Origin: a virus
Lineage: Duplodnaviria > Caudoviricetes
DNA: 43,001 nt
IMG/VR virus record: IMGVR_UViG_3300026825_000002
Location: 1-43,001 of that record
Strand: one strand, 5' to 3'
Shown here: positions 1 through 8,879 of the stretch, in pieces
Layout: every line of letters begins with the position of its first letter
How positions within the stretch are numbered: the stretch's first letter is position 1
Notes under the pieces: generated by a model
What the model was told of the DNA's origin: nothing
Seen by the model: only the letters and a program-made list of their open reading frames with translations
Databases searched by the model: none
Translations under genes and position numbers: made by a program

Positions 1-56
1 TGTAGCGCGCAAAATCGCGTGCGACTCTGCGCAACATCACGTGCGAGCGTGCAACA
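1..56 (+). repeat. Phage end (Mu attR equivalent): terminal TGT plus tandem transposase-binding sites
   Basis: GCGCAAAATCGCGTGCGA (7-24) and GCGCAACATCACGTGCGA (29-46), 16/18 identical, 22-bp period; partial third copy GTGCAACA at 49-56. Confidence 0.85.
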
Positions 57-173
57 GGCAGTTCCCGACCAACTTTGAAGCTCGTCTGAAAGCTGGACAT
101 TGGCTGCTGCACGGACTGGACTTCAGCGCGCGGTGGAGCGTCAGTGTGGGGGCAACGAACAAGGGAGCCCCCC

Positions 174-404
174 ATGCTTGCAAAGACGCCCACGGTCAAT
201 CCTGCTATCGAAGTCGGCCTGTCCGCTCTGCGCGATACGCTGGCCACGGCACAGGCCGCCATTGATCTGGCAACCGCGGACTTGGCCGAAGGGCGGCAGA
301 ACGCGGCGATCGGTGCGATTATCGATCTTGAGCGCCGCCTGCCGGAAGCAGTCACCATTCTGAACGCGATCCTCATATTCCACCGGCAGCAAGCGCCACG
401 GTAA
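174..404 (+). CDS. Hypothetical helical protein (76 aa)
   Basis: AGGGAG Shine-Dalgarno (SD) sequence before ATG 174; protein-like sequence; converges on the methylase with a hairpin between them. Confidence 0.65.
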   Translation: MLAKTPTVNPAIEVGLSALRDTLATAQAAIDLATADLAEGRQNAAIGAIIDLERRLPEAVTILNAILIFHRQQAPR

Positions 405-428
405 CTCCTGCCCGACTGCGAAGCACGG

Positions 429-449
429 ATGGCGGCCATCGGCCGCCAT
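429..449. terminator. Hairpin between convergent genes, probable terminator
   Basis: ATGGCGGCC-ATC-GGCCGCCAT, 9-bp stem; weak U-tract. Confidence 0.5.
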
Positions 450-481
450 TGTCGTCTTGGGCCGTGGGAGCCGAATCCGTG

Positions 482-1288
482 TCATTCCCCACCCCTGATG
501 ATTACCTCGCGCACGGATTTGGCCGCGCCATTCCCGCCCGCCGTGTAGGTCAATTCGGCCGTCTCGATCCGCGCCCATGAGAACAACTCCCGGACCTCAG
601 GCACGTCGTTCAGTGTGAGGATGAAGCGGCCTTGAAGGCCCCTCAAAACCGACGCCATCTCGGTGAACTCATCCCGCCCGAACAACTCCCTGCCGTAGTA
701 GTGCTCAGTGCCCCAGTACGGCGGGTCGAGATAGAACAGCGTGCCCGGACGGTCCCAGCGCTCGATGAACTGCCGCCACGGCAGGCACTCGATCCAGACA
801 CCAGCGAGGCGTTCATGTGCCGCCTCCAAGAGCGGCCCCAGCTTGCGCACGTCGAAACGGCCCGGTGCCTGGGTGTCGATGCCGAACACCCGACCGGCTA
901 CCTTGCCGCCAAATGAGAGGCGCTGCAGATAGAGGAAGCGAGCCGCACGTTCGAGGTCGGTCAGCGTGTCCGGCTCCTGCCTCAGCAGCCGCTCGAACTC
1001 GGCCCGGCTGCTCAGCTGCCATTTCAGCATGTCCATGAACGGCTGATAGTGCCGCTGCAGGATGCGGAAGAACGTCGCGACGTCGCGGCTGAGGTCGTTG
1101 ATCGCCTCGGCCTTGGGCACGGCATGGCGCTTGAAGAACACGCCGCCCATGCCGACGAACGGCTCGCAGTAGGTGGTGTGGTCGGTTGCGGCGATGAGGT
1201 CCGCCAGCAGCTTCGAGAGCTGCTTCTTGCCGCCGATATAGGCGGCCACCGGACGGATCGGCCGCACCGTCTGCAGATCAGCATTCAT
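482..1288 (-). CDS. D12-class (Dam-like) DNA adenine methyltransferase at the mom position
   Basis: YIGGK, EPFVGMGGV (SAM binding), NDL and FYLDPPY motifs; alternative start ATG 1318. Confidence 0.93.
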   Translation of the reverse strand: MNADLQTVRPIRPVAAYIGGKKQLSKLLADLIAATDHTTYCEPFVGMGGVFFKRHAVPKAEAINDLSRDVATFFRILQRHYQPFMDMLKWQLSSRAEFERLLRQEPDTLTDLERAARFLYLQRLSFGGKVAGRVFGIDTQAPGRFDVRKLGPLLEAAHERLAGVWIECLPWRQFIERWDRPGTLFYLDPPYWGTEHYYGRELFGRDEFTEMASVLRGLQGRFILTLNDVPEVRELFSWARIETAELTYTAGGNGAAKSVREVIIRGGE

Positions 1289-1435
1289 ATTGTGTATCGA
1301 TCCAGAATCAGCGCCCATGCGCGCGCGGCCTCCCAAGGCCGTCGTGGCGGGCGATGTGGTGCAATGCTCGTCGGGCGGCTTTCCTGCCAGGGATCGGGCC
1401 GCCGGAGCCCTCGGGCTCCCCCGTCACGTCACCAT
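1289..1435 (-). promoter_or_regulatory. Structured leader upstream of the methylase
   Basis: Stems GGAGCCC/GGGCTCC, GGCGGC/GCCGCC and GGCCT/AGGCC; the last buries a GGGAGG SD-like sequence. Confidence 0.45.
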
Positions 1436-2494
1436 TCAATCGTCGTCATCGTCCTTCGTCGACGTCCCGTCCTCCTTCGCCTTGATCTCGATGCGGGTGT
1501 GCCAGCCCTCGTCGTTCCACGTGTGCTCGACGGCTTCGGCACGCCACACGCCGGCGATTTCCTTGCGGAAGGAGCTGCCGGCGATGACGTCGGCCTCGGC
1601 CTGGGCGTCGACGCGGCCGAGGGCCAGTTCGAAATGGCCGTCGCCGGTGTTGCGCGTCAGGCGCCGCGCCTCGGCCTGAGCCGCCTTCTCGGCCTGCTCG
1701 TGGCCGGGCAGCGGGTCGCGGATGGTGAAGTCCGGGCCGTCGAGGCCAGTCGGTGCGTCGACGATGACGCGCTTGCCGGTCCGCTGGTCGATGTAGGCGG
1801 CCCGCACCTTGCCGTACTGCGCCCGGCCATTCGGGTTCACTTCCCAACTCGAGCAGTCGTTTTTCTCGATCTTGATGGCCGGCAGGAGCAGCCCGCTCGC
1901 CGACTTCGCCATGCCGCGCGGCGCCATGACGATGACGTTGCCCATGGGCTTCAGCACGGCGCCCAGGTCATCGGCGAGGCGCGTCAGAAAGTCGATCTCG
2001 CTGCTGTCGATGCGGGCCTTGTACGGGATCGAGATGCCTGCCAGCTCGGGAGAGACGCGGGCCGAGAGGCCGTTGCGGCCGGCGATGCGCTCAACGATCT
2101 CGCCCACCGTCGTGTTCTCGAAGTGCTCCCGACCTTCACCCTTCAGCTTGCGCCGCAGGTCGGCCGCACTCGCCTGCAGCACCATGGTCTCGCCGCCGCT
2201 CACATCGCCGGCGAGGCTCGGCGTCTGCAGCTCATAAAGCCCGATCAGCTGGGGGGGGCCGGTTTCCTTCCAGCCGGCATAGACCTCGATCGACGCCTTC
2301 TCGCGCGGCAGCTCCAGGGCATTGCCGGCATCGTCCAGCTTGAACGTGGCCTGATCGGACTTCTGGCCGGCCTCGTCACGCACGCTCGCCTCGATCAGGC
2401 GATTATAGAAGCCGCCCGAGACCTCCTGGCCGTCCACCTTCACGATGAGGACGGGCGTGAAGCCGCGCTGCGTCGTGCTGAAGACGTAGGGCAT
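1436..2494 (-). CDS. Baseplate hub / late control protein D (P2 gpD-like)
   Basis: RDEAGQKSDQATFKLDD and SEIDFLTRLA motifs; follows U and X. Confidence 0.9.
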   Translation of the reverse strand: MPYVFSTTQRGFTPVLIVKVDGQEVSGGFYNRLIEASVRDEAGQKSDQATFKLDDAGNALELPREKASIEVYAGWKETGPPQLIGLYELQTPSLAGDVSGGETMVLQASAADLRRKLKGEGREHFENTTVGEIVERIAGRNGLSARVSPELAGISIPYKARIDSSEIDFLTRLADDLGAVLKPMGNVIVMAPRGMAKSASGLLLPAIKIEKNDCSSWEVNPNGRAQYGKVRAAYIDQRTGKRVIVDAPTGLDGPDFTIRDPLPGHEQAEKAAQAEARRLTRNTGDGHFELALGRVDAQAEADVIAGSSFRKEIAGVWRAEAVEHTWNDEGWHTRIEIKAKEDGTSTKDDDDD

Positions 2495-2495
2495 C

Positions 2496-2711
2496 TCAGC
2501 TCCACAGGCGCACGACGTCCTGCCGTGTCCTCGGCCGCGCCTGCGGTTCGGGCAGCTCGATCTCGACGCCCACCGGCAACATGATGCCGACGTCCGCGAT
2601 ATCGGGATTGAGGGCGAGCACCTGCTCGACGAGACCCTCGTCCTGCCGGCCGAAGGCCTGCCAGACGACGAGGTCGACGGTCATGTTCTCCCGCTCCACC
2701 TTGACACGCAT
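2496..2711 (-). CDS. Tail protein X (P2 gpX-like, LysM-like)
   Basis: TVDLVVWQAFG...VEQVLALNPDIA...LPVGVEIELP; 71 aa from ATG 2711. Confidence 0.9.
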   Translation of the reverse strand: MRVKVERENMTVDLVVWQAFGRQDEGLVEQVLALNPDIADVGIMLPVGVEIELPEPQARPRTRQDVVRLWS

Positions 2712-3136
2712 CAGAACAGCCCTCCGAAGCGGGGATCGCCGCCGAGGGGAGCGATCCTGACGTCGAAGCCGACCTTGCGACCGATGCCGTTGTCGCCGAT
2801 CCACTCGTGCTCCGCGCCGACTTCGAGAATGACCACGGTGCCGAACACGGACGCCGCCGCACCGCCGGCCGCCCAGCCGAGAAGATCGACCGGTTGGCCG
2901 GCCGACTGCGTCGCTTTGAGCGCGAGGTACTCCTCGTGCCCGCCGAACTCCTGGTGGAAGTAGAGGCCCTCGATCTCGAACTCGTCTTCGCCGCGGCCGG
3001 TGAACTGCCGCGCGGGACCGACGCCGAAGCGTCCCACCGCCGGCCAGTTCGCGACCGTCCGCTCGCGCAGGCGCTGCAGCGACAAAGGCAAGGACGCAAA
3101 GACATGCGGACCGAGGGCGAGCAGCGGGATCTGCAT
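2711..3136 (-). CDS. Tail protein U (P2 gpU-like)
   Basis: LLALGPHVF...RQFTGRGEDEFEIEG; lies after tape measure; TGATG overlaps. Confidence 0.88.
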   Translation of the reverse strand: MQIPLLALGPHVFASLPLSLQRLRERTVANWPAVGRFGVGPARQFTGRGEDEFEIEGLYFHQEFGGHEEYLALKATQSAGQPVDLLGWAAGGAAASVFGTVVILEVGAEHEWIGDNGIGRKVGFDVRIAPLGGDPRFGGLF

Positions 3137-5295
3137 CAGTCGACTCCGTCGTGAAGAGCGCCGTTGATCGGCACCGGCCGGCCGCCGCCGGCCCGGCCGG
3201 AGACGGCCTGCACGCGCCGCGCGATGGCCTCTGCCTCGGCAACCGCCTGTGCCCCGCCGGCCCGGATGCCGGCAGCGAGCGTCGACATCATCGCCTGCCC
3301 GGCCGGGGCGAGATTGGTGCCGGCGAGCGTCGAGCGGATGGTGGCCCCGGTCTCGACGGCACTGTCGGCCGCTTCCTGCAGCTGCTGGGTGATGGTGGAG
3401 CCCAGCTTGATGTCGAGGCCAGGCCAATGGCCGGCACCGATCGGTGCGATGCCACGGCTCTCCCGGCCGAGGGGGCCGGACGGGCCGAAATGCAGCGTGC
3501 TGTTCCCCTGCAGCTTGTCGAAGGCGGCACGGCGGCGCCGCTCGCGCTCGTGGATCTGCGCCAGCACGGCGTTGCGGTTGCGGAAGCGGCTGTCATAGGC
3601 GTGATCGGCCTCGGCCGAGGCCTTGGCCTTCGCCTCGGCATCCTCGGCCGAGCCGCCGACCCAGTCATTGAGCCACTCGTTCCACTTCCGCCCGCTCAGC
3701 CAGGGCAGGCTTTCCTCAAGCTTTTTCTCGATGTTGCCGCCTGCACCGAGGTTCGCGGCGGGCTCGATCTGGATGAGGCCGTTCTCGCCCATTCGCCCTT
3801 CGAGCCGCGCCCGCTCGCGGTAATAGGTGTCGATCTTGGTCATGAGCCGCTGGAGGAACGTGCCGCGCTCGTCGACACGGCCCATGAGGTCGATCAGCTC
3901 CTGGACCTGCTCATTGATGCCGGGCAGCGCCCAGCGCCCCAAGCGGTCGCCGACTTCCGTGGCCAGCGTTTTCAGGCGTTCGAGGTGATTGGCGGTGGTC
4001 CCTAGCTCGATGTTGAGGTTCTTCTGTGCCGAGCCTTGCCAATTCGCCGGCGATTTGAGGATTTCAAGGTTCTTCATGATCTCAGGCAGCGCCTGACCGG
4101 CACGAGCTATCTCGTCCCACCACTCCTCGCCAAAGATCTTGATCGCAGCCGATGCCTGATCCGGATGCTTCTGCAGCCGCTCCAGCACGTCGAGCATGGT
4201 CTTGAGGGCGTCCGTTCGCATGCCCTTCTCGACCTGTCCGCTGGAAAGCCCAAGCATCTTCAGGCCTTGGCCCACTCTCTTCTTGCCGCCCGAACGTGCT
4301 GTCCGAAGCGTCGATGCGAAGGCAGCGAATCCCCGCGAAGCAACCTCGGGTACGATCGCAACGTTGTTCATCGCAGTCAGAAACGCGAGCGAGGTGTCGA
4401 ACTCGACGCCGGCCGCTTTCGCAGCCGCTCCGGCGCGCTGGAACATCTCGACCACGTCCATTTCCTTCGCCGATCCGGAGTCGGAAAGGGCGTTCACCTT
4501 GTCGACGAACTGCTCCAGCTCTTGGTTTGTCCATTGGGTGGCAGCGCGGATCTTTGCGAGCGCCTGCGACGTCTGGTCGGCCGGCGCATCCCAGGCCGTG
4601 GCTGCGGCCATGGTGATTCGAAGGAACTCCGGCATGTCCTCCTTGGACACGCCGGTGGCGCCCGCTTCAGCAACGAGTCCGGCGATCTCCTCGCGGGAAC
4701 GCCCATAGGCGATCGCTGCGTTGACGATCAGCTTTTCGATCTTCGCCAACTCGGCGGGATCGTCCATGCCATCGAGCTTCTTGCGGACCTCGGCCATTGC
4801 CTTCTCGAAAGAGATGGACTGGCCGACGGTGGCACCCGTGGCGAGCCGTGCGGCGTAAACGCCGCCTGCCGCGGCCAAAACGCCGCGCCCTCCGGCGATG
4901 ATGCCGGGCGGCTCCTCCACGGCTGCTGCCGACGCATGTCTCGGCGCCCCCGACTGCCGTTGGTTGCGGGGTTGGCGCTTGTTGAGCTTGTCCAGCTCCT
5001 GACGGGTCCGCGCTGCCTCCTTGCCGGCCTTGCGGAGATCGTCCGCCAGCCGCTTGCCCGCGCGCGTGTTGTTCAGCTTCTTCGCCTCGGCGACGACGCC
5101 TGCGACCTCGCGCTTCGTGCGGAGCGACTCGTTGCCGGCACGCTTGAGCCCGCGCTCCAGCTGCTCGCCGCCGCGCGTCTTGCCGAGGCGGTCGGCCTTC
5201 TTCTTCACCCCCTGAAGATCCCGCTGCGCCCGCTTGGCCGGGCCGGCCAGCTTGTTCACCAGCTCCAGGAAGAGCTTGACGCGCATGTTGGACAT
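3136..5295 (-). CDS. Tail tape measure protein (719 aa)
   Basis: Ala/Gly-rich helical protein with SFEKAMAEVRK core; position after chaperone. Confidence 0.92.
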   Translation of the reverse strand: MSNMRVKLFLELVNKLAGPAKRAQRDLQGVKKKADRLGKTRGGEQLERGLKRAGNESLRTKREVAGVVAEAKKLNNTRAGKRLADDLRKAGKEAARTRQELDKLNKRQPRNQRQSGAPRHASAAAVEEPPGIIAGGRGVLAAAGGVYAARLATGATVGQSISFEKAMAEVRKKLDGMDDPAELAKIEKLIVNAAIAYGRSREEIAGLVAEAGATGVSKEDMPEFLRITMAAATAWDAPADQTSQALAKIRAATQWTNQELEQFVDKVNALSDSGSAKEMDVVEMFQRAGAAAKAAGVEFDTSLAFLTAMNNVAIVPEVASRGFAAFASTLRTARSGGKKRVGQGLKMLGLSSGQVEKGMRTDALKTMLDVLERLQKHPDQASAAIKIFGEEWWDEIARAGQALPEIMKNLEILKSPANWQGSAQKNLNIELGTTANHLERLKTLATEVGDRLGRWALPGINEQVQELIDLMGRVDERGTFLQRLMTKIDTYYRERARLEGRMGENGLIQIEPAANLGAGGNIEKKLEESLPWLSGRKWNEWLNDWVGGSAEDAEAKAKASAEADHAYDSRFRNRNAVLAQIHERERRRRAAFDKLQGNSTLHFGPSGPLGRESRGIAPIGAGHWPGLDIKLGSTITQQLQEAADSAVETGATIRSTLAGTNLAPAGQAMMSTLAAGIRAGGAQAVAEAEAIARRVQAVSGRAGGGRPVPINGALHDGVD

Positions 5296-5296
5296 G

Positions 5297-5530
5297 TCAG
5301 TCCTCCTCCCCGAGCGTCACCAGGGCGGCCTCGTGGTGCCACATGAGGATCTCGGGCACGCGCATGGCGAGGACGGCGGGCAGAGGCGTCATCAGCACAT
5401 GCGCCACCTCGGCGACGAAGGCCGGGAACGCCGTCAGGCCTCGGTTCCGGTCTCGCCCATCGCTTCGTCCGCCAGCGCCACGACGTCGGCGAGGTCCGGG
5501 TCGTCCCGTAGCTGGCGCGGCAAGAAAGGG
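5297..5530 (-). CDS. -1 frameshift extension of tail assembly chaperone (E+E'/GT type)
   Basis: Slippery C CCT TTC at 5530-5524 in the chaperone frame; -1 frame open to TGA 5299-5297, ending ...AMRVPEILMWHHEAALVTLGEED. Confidence 0.7.
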   Translation of the reverse strand, partial: PFLAAPATGRPGPRRRRGAGGRSDGRDRNRGLTAFPAFVAEVAHVLMTPLPAVLAMRVPEILMWHHEAALVTLGEED

Positions 5531-5880
5531 CGGCAGGCCGCCACGAAGCGCAGGTAGTCGTCGTCGCGCAGCCCGGCGACGACGGCCGGGTGCACGCCGG
5601 CCATGGCCGCGCGGGCGAGATCGAGCAGGGCATCCTCGTCGCCGCCCGAATCGACGATGATGCCCATGAACTGGATGCCCGACAGCGCCCGCACGGTGAG
5701 CTGATCGAGCCGTTCGCCATCGACCAGGAGCGGATAGTCCAGCGGCACCACGGTCGACCAGCGATCGGGATCCGCCGGCGCCACGACTGGCCCGGCCGGC
5801 GCGATGCGTGCGGCCGGCTGGGGCGTTGCACCGGGGAAGCCCGGCGGTGGCTTCACGGGCGTCAGATCGTCCTCGGCCAT
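5434..5880 (-). CDS. Tail assembly chaperone
   Basis: VPLDYPLLVDGERLDQLTVR motif; between tube and tape measure. Confidence 0.82.
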   Translation of the reverse strand: MAEDDLTPVKPPPGFPGATPQPAARIAPAGPVVAPADPDRWSTVVPLDYPLLVDGERLDQLTVRALSGIQFMGIIVDSGGDEDALLDLARAAMAGVHPAVVAGLRDDDYLRFVAACRPFLPRQLRDDPDLADVVALADEAMGETGTEA

Positions 5881-6425
5881 CAGAGGTTCGCCCCGATCAT
5901 GTTGGCGATGCGCTGGGCCTGCCCGTCGCCGTCGACCCAGCCGCCCAGCTCGACGTTCCACCGGCAGATCTCGCGCGTGCCGATGGTGAGGACGTATTTC
6001 GAGATCGACTTGATCTCGTATTCCGTCCCGGCGAAGCCGCCGCCCTCGGTCTCGTCGGTCTCCGCGTTGAGGCGGCCGTACATGGTCGCCGTAACCTGTA
6101 CCTCGCGATCAGTCGCCGACGTGGCGTATTCGTTGACCAGGGCGCCGAGGATGGTGAACTTGCGCCGGACGCCGAAGGGCGTCTGGAACAGCGCCAGCAT
6201 CTCCGGCTGCAGGCCCTGCATCTTGAACGGCACCGCGCAGGGCTCGCGCGAGGTGGCGATCTCGATGGCACCATTGGCGCCGGCCGGCGTGAACGCCTCG
6301 TAGGTCTCGCGCTGCACGGGCAATTTGGTGCGGCCGAGCACGAGATGACCGTTGAGCGTCTGCCCGTTGGCGTCCTCGGCCAGAAGGTTGGCCGCGCGCA
6401 GGATGAGGAAGGGAAGCTTCGCCAT
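5880..6425 (-). CDS. Major tail tube protein (P2 FII-like)
   Basis: 181 aa directly after sheath; ILRAANL...KLP...PAGANGAIEI pattern. Confidence 0.85.
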   Translation of the reverse strand: MAKLPFLILRAANLLAEDANGQTLNGHLVLGRTKLPVQRETYEAFTPAGANGAIEIATSREPCAVPFKMQGLQPEMLALFQTPFGVRRKFTILGALVNEYATSATDREVQVTATMYGRLNAETDETEGGGFAGTEYEIKSISKYVLTIGTREICRWNVELGGWVDGDGQAQRIANMIGANL

Positions 6426-6449
6426 GGGAGGTCTCCGTTGCCCGCGCCG

Positions 6450-7661
6450 TCAGGCCGCCTGCCGCTCCAGCGTCTGCAGGATGCCGTTGGCCAGCTCGGC
6501 GTAGTAGGTGAGGTTGCGGCGGGCGCCGAACTGCAGATCCTGCAGCGGCGCGGCGGGCTCACGGTCGTACTCGACGCGCAGGATACCCGAGGCGAGTCCC
6601 TCGTTGCTGTTGAGGTCACGCTCGAACCACGCCCTACCGCCAAGGATCGCGCCGGCCGCCTTCAGCTCGTCGAGGAAGTTGTCGAGCGACTGGATAACGG
6701 CGACGGCGAGCGGCACCGACAGGTTGCGGTCGAGCGCCCAGTAGAAGGCGTTGATGACGGCGTCGTCGATGGCGTCCGTCGTGCGCACCACGTTGACGAA
6801 GCGGTCGAGCGGATCCTGCGCGCAGGTCTCGTTGCCCCACAGGATCGAGCCGGCGCGGATCGTGGCGATGCGCTTCTCGTTGAGCCAGTTGGCCTCGCTG
6901 TCCGGCTCGCCGGTGTAGTAGCTGATCGGCCGCGACGGGCCGAGGATGCCGCCGATCGTCTGGTTGGACGGACTTTCCCACGGCCCGCCGATCTCCCGGT
7001 CGCGCTTGACGAACAGCCCCGCGACGCGGCCGGAGCCCGGCTGGTTGATGATCTGCGTACCGGCCAGAACCTTGACGGACGGGTGAAAGAGGTACGCCCG
7101 CTTGTCGTCGGCGAAGTCGGAGCGATAGGTGTCGGCCGCCTCCCTCGACGTGTCCGGCGTATCGAGGATCTTGATGCCGCGCAGGCGGTTGCAGATGCCC
7201 GTCAACTCGGCCGCCACCGGGTTCTTGGCATTGCCCAGGCGCTGACTGGTGTAGCCCGGCACGAAGACGAGTTTCGCGGGCTTCGAAGCCTCTTTGAAGG
7301 CATGGACGCCCGAGTTGTTGGCGCCCGAGCCGACGATGTTCGCGATGGTCGCTTCCAGCTTGTCCTGGTCGTTCGCCCCGTCGCCCTCGGCCACGCGCAC
7401 GACCTGCAGTTCGGCGACGACGCCCTGGTCGTCGACAGCATCGAGCACCGCGTCGACGTTGCCGCCGGCGCCGAGCGCCGTGCGCATCTCGGTGTCGTTG
7501 GTGAACATGGTCGTCACCACGTTGAGCGGGAACTTCTCCGGGTCTGCGGCTGGCGCCACCACGACAGCGCCGAGCGTGGAATACTCGTTGACGGAGACGG
7601 GCCGCGTCGTCTGACCCGCCTGGAAGACGCGCGTGCCGTGGAAATATTCGGAGATGGGCAT
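6450..7661 (-). CDS. Contractile tail sheath (P2 FI-like)
   Basis: YFHG N-terminus, WESPSNQ, LWGNET, FVNVVRT motifs; GAGGGA SD before ATG 7661. Confidence 0.95.
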   Translation of the reverse strand: MPISEYFHGTRVFQAGQTTRPVSVNEYSTLGAVVVAPAADPEKFPLNVVTTMFTNDTEMRTALGAGGNVDAVLDAVDDQGVVAELQVVRVAEGDGANDQDKLEATIANIVGSGANNSGVHAFKEASKPAKLVFVPGYTSQRLGNAKNPVAAELTGICNRLRGIKILDTPDTSREAADTYRSDFADDKRAYLFHPSVKVLAGTQIINQPGSGRVAGLFVKRDREIGGPWESPSNQTIGGILGPSRPISYYTGEPDSEANWLNEKRIATIRAGSILWGNETCAQDPLDRFVNVVRTTDAIDDAVINAFYWALDRNLSVPLAVAVIQSLDNFLDELKAAGAILGGRAWFERDLNSNEGLASGILRVEYDREPAAPLQDLQFGARRNLTYYAELANGILQTLERQAA

Positions 7662-7708
7662 ATCGTCCCTCGATCGACAGGTGCTTGACAGCGGACTGAT
7701 CGACGGGA

Positions 7709-7760
7709 ACGGTAGGGAGACAGCCAAACTGCAAGGCCCCGGACGCGCGTCCGGGGCCTT
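7709..7760 (-). promoter_or_regulatory. Putative activator-dependent late promoter for the sheath operon
   Basis: Palindrome GGCCCCGGACGCGCGTCCGGGGCC (7735-7758), 20-nt spacer, -10 TACCGT. Confidence 0.75.
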
Positions 7761-7909
7761 TTTTCGAAGGCGCAACGGCGAGGCCGTCCGCTGACGCAGG
7801 TGGAGCTTGACACAGCGGCCCAACTGGACTGAATGCTTGGAACTCCCGGGTCGGTTGGGCCGTTCTCCGGCAGACACCCCGCAGCGCGCGGGTCCCGCTA
7901 GGAGGTACT

Positions 7910-8275
7910 ATGCCTGAATGTCCGTCGGATTCGGACCTCAATCTGCTGAAGACCGAAATCTACATGATGCCCATGGGCGGCGGCAGCAGGCTCCTGAATA
8001 GTGCCAGGATGCATTTAGAGAACGCGATGTCCCGCGTGCAACCGGACGGCGCGGCTCTCGATCTGAGAGACAACGTCCTCCGCGAGTGCGAGCGGCTGGC
8101 CGCGGCGGCCAACAGTCTGAGCACAAAAAAAGGGGATCACGTTGCCGAACTGCGAAAGGTGGCCAGCGATGCAGCGGATGCTCTGCGCCGCCACCTTTCT
8201 ACGTTGATGCCGCTACCGGTGCAGAACAGTCTCGCCCCGGATTCGGCCGCATCCCCTGCTGACGATCGGGCATGA
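7910..8275 (+). CDS. Hypothetical moron-like protein, antisense to the tail operon (121 aa)
   Basis: AGGAGG SD; upstream TTGACA (7807-7812) with CTGAAT 16 nt later; fills the gap between DUF4376 and the sheath promoter. Confidence 0.75.
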   Translation: MPECPSDSDLNLLKTEIYMMPMGGGSRLLNSARMHLENAMSRVQPDGAALDLRDNVLRECERLAAAANSLSTKKGDHVAELRKVASDAADALRRHLSTLMPLPVQNSLAPDSAASPADDRA

Positions 8276-8286
8276 GATAGCCGCTG

Positions 8287-8877
8287 TCATGAACCGCCGT
8301 TCGCAAAAGCAGCATCAATCTGCGCGGTGGTGGTGATTGCCCCTGCCGTGATGTCCGCCAGGACCTGTGCCTCGATCGCGAACGCGTCGCGGATATGGGT
8401 CCGCACCGCCAGCGCCAGCGCCTCCATGTCGGCATTCGTGAGCGCCCGGAACTCGCCATCGGCGAACTTCCACGCGTCGCCATCCTGGCGCTCGCCGCGC
8501 TCGATCGCGAGCACCTCGGCAACGATCTTGCCCTGGCTTTCCCGGTCTGTGTGGACCGACCAGCCCGACCAGGTTGTGCCACCAACCTCGGCTTCCCAGC
8601 GACGCATGGCGGCATACTCGGCAAGGCTCGGCTCTGGCTGCGGAACGTCTTCGAGCTGATAGCTCTCGCGCGGCACGCCGTCGTCGTCGACCAGGACGGC
8701 CTCGCCGACGGGGACCTTGCCGGGCGGGATGATCGCCGGCTGGATCACGGCGAGGCCGGCGTCCGCCAACTCGGCCGTCGACCAACAGCGCTCAACGTCG
8801 AGCGTGTTGTGCTGGGCTTCGTCGAGCCAGCCGTCCCAGCGTTCCCACACGCCGTTCTTCAAGATCGCAAGCGCCAT
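8287..8877 (-). CDS. DUF4376-like tail fibre-associated protein
   Basis: YAAMRRWEAEVGG...TDRESQGKI...WKFADG motif. Confidence 0.8.
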   Translation of the reverse strand: MALAILKNGVWERWDGWLDEAQHNTLDVERCWSTAELADAGLAVIQPAIIPPGKVPVGEAVLVDDDGVPRESYQLEDVPQPEPSLAEYAAMRRWEAEVGGTTWSGWSVHTDRESQGKIVAEVLAIERGERQDGDAWKFADGEFRALTNADMEALALAVRTHIRDAFAIEAQVLADITAGAITTTAQIDAAFANGGS

Positions 8878-8879
8878 CG

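Noticed and set aside
3950-4900. Apparently lower-GC patch within the tape measure gene suggesting recombination
   Set aside because: Impression by eye only; needs a GC3/codon-usage scan and alignment to relatives
3136-5437. Chaperone extension fused in frame to the tape measure protein
   Set aside because: The extension ends at TGA 5299-5297; the tape measure ATG at 5295 is in another frame
7733-7765. Palindrome plus T-run read as a simple plus-strand terminator
   Set aside because: The same palindrome recurs twice without a comparable T-run and at fixed spacing to -10 boxes, so an activator site fits better; a dual role is not excluded
6450-7877. Long N-terminal extensions in the ORF track (sheath, MuB, V, terminase, DUF3164 and others)
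   Set aside because: They overlap neighbouring genes or promoters; downstream starts have SD sequences or stop-start coupling and match family N-termini
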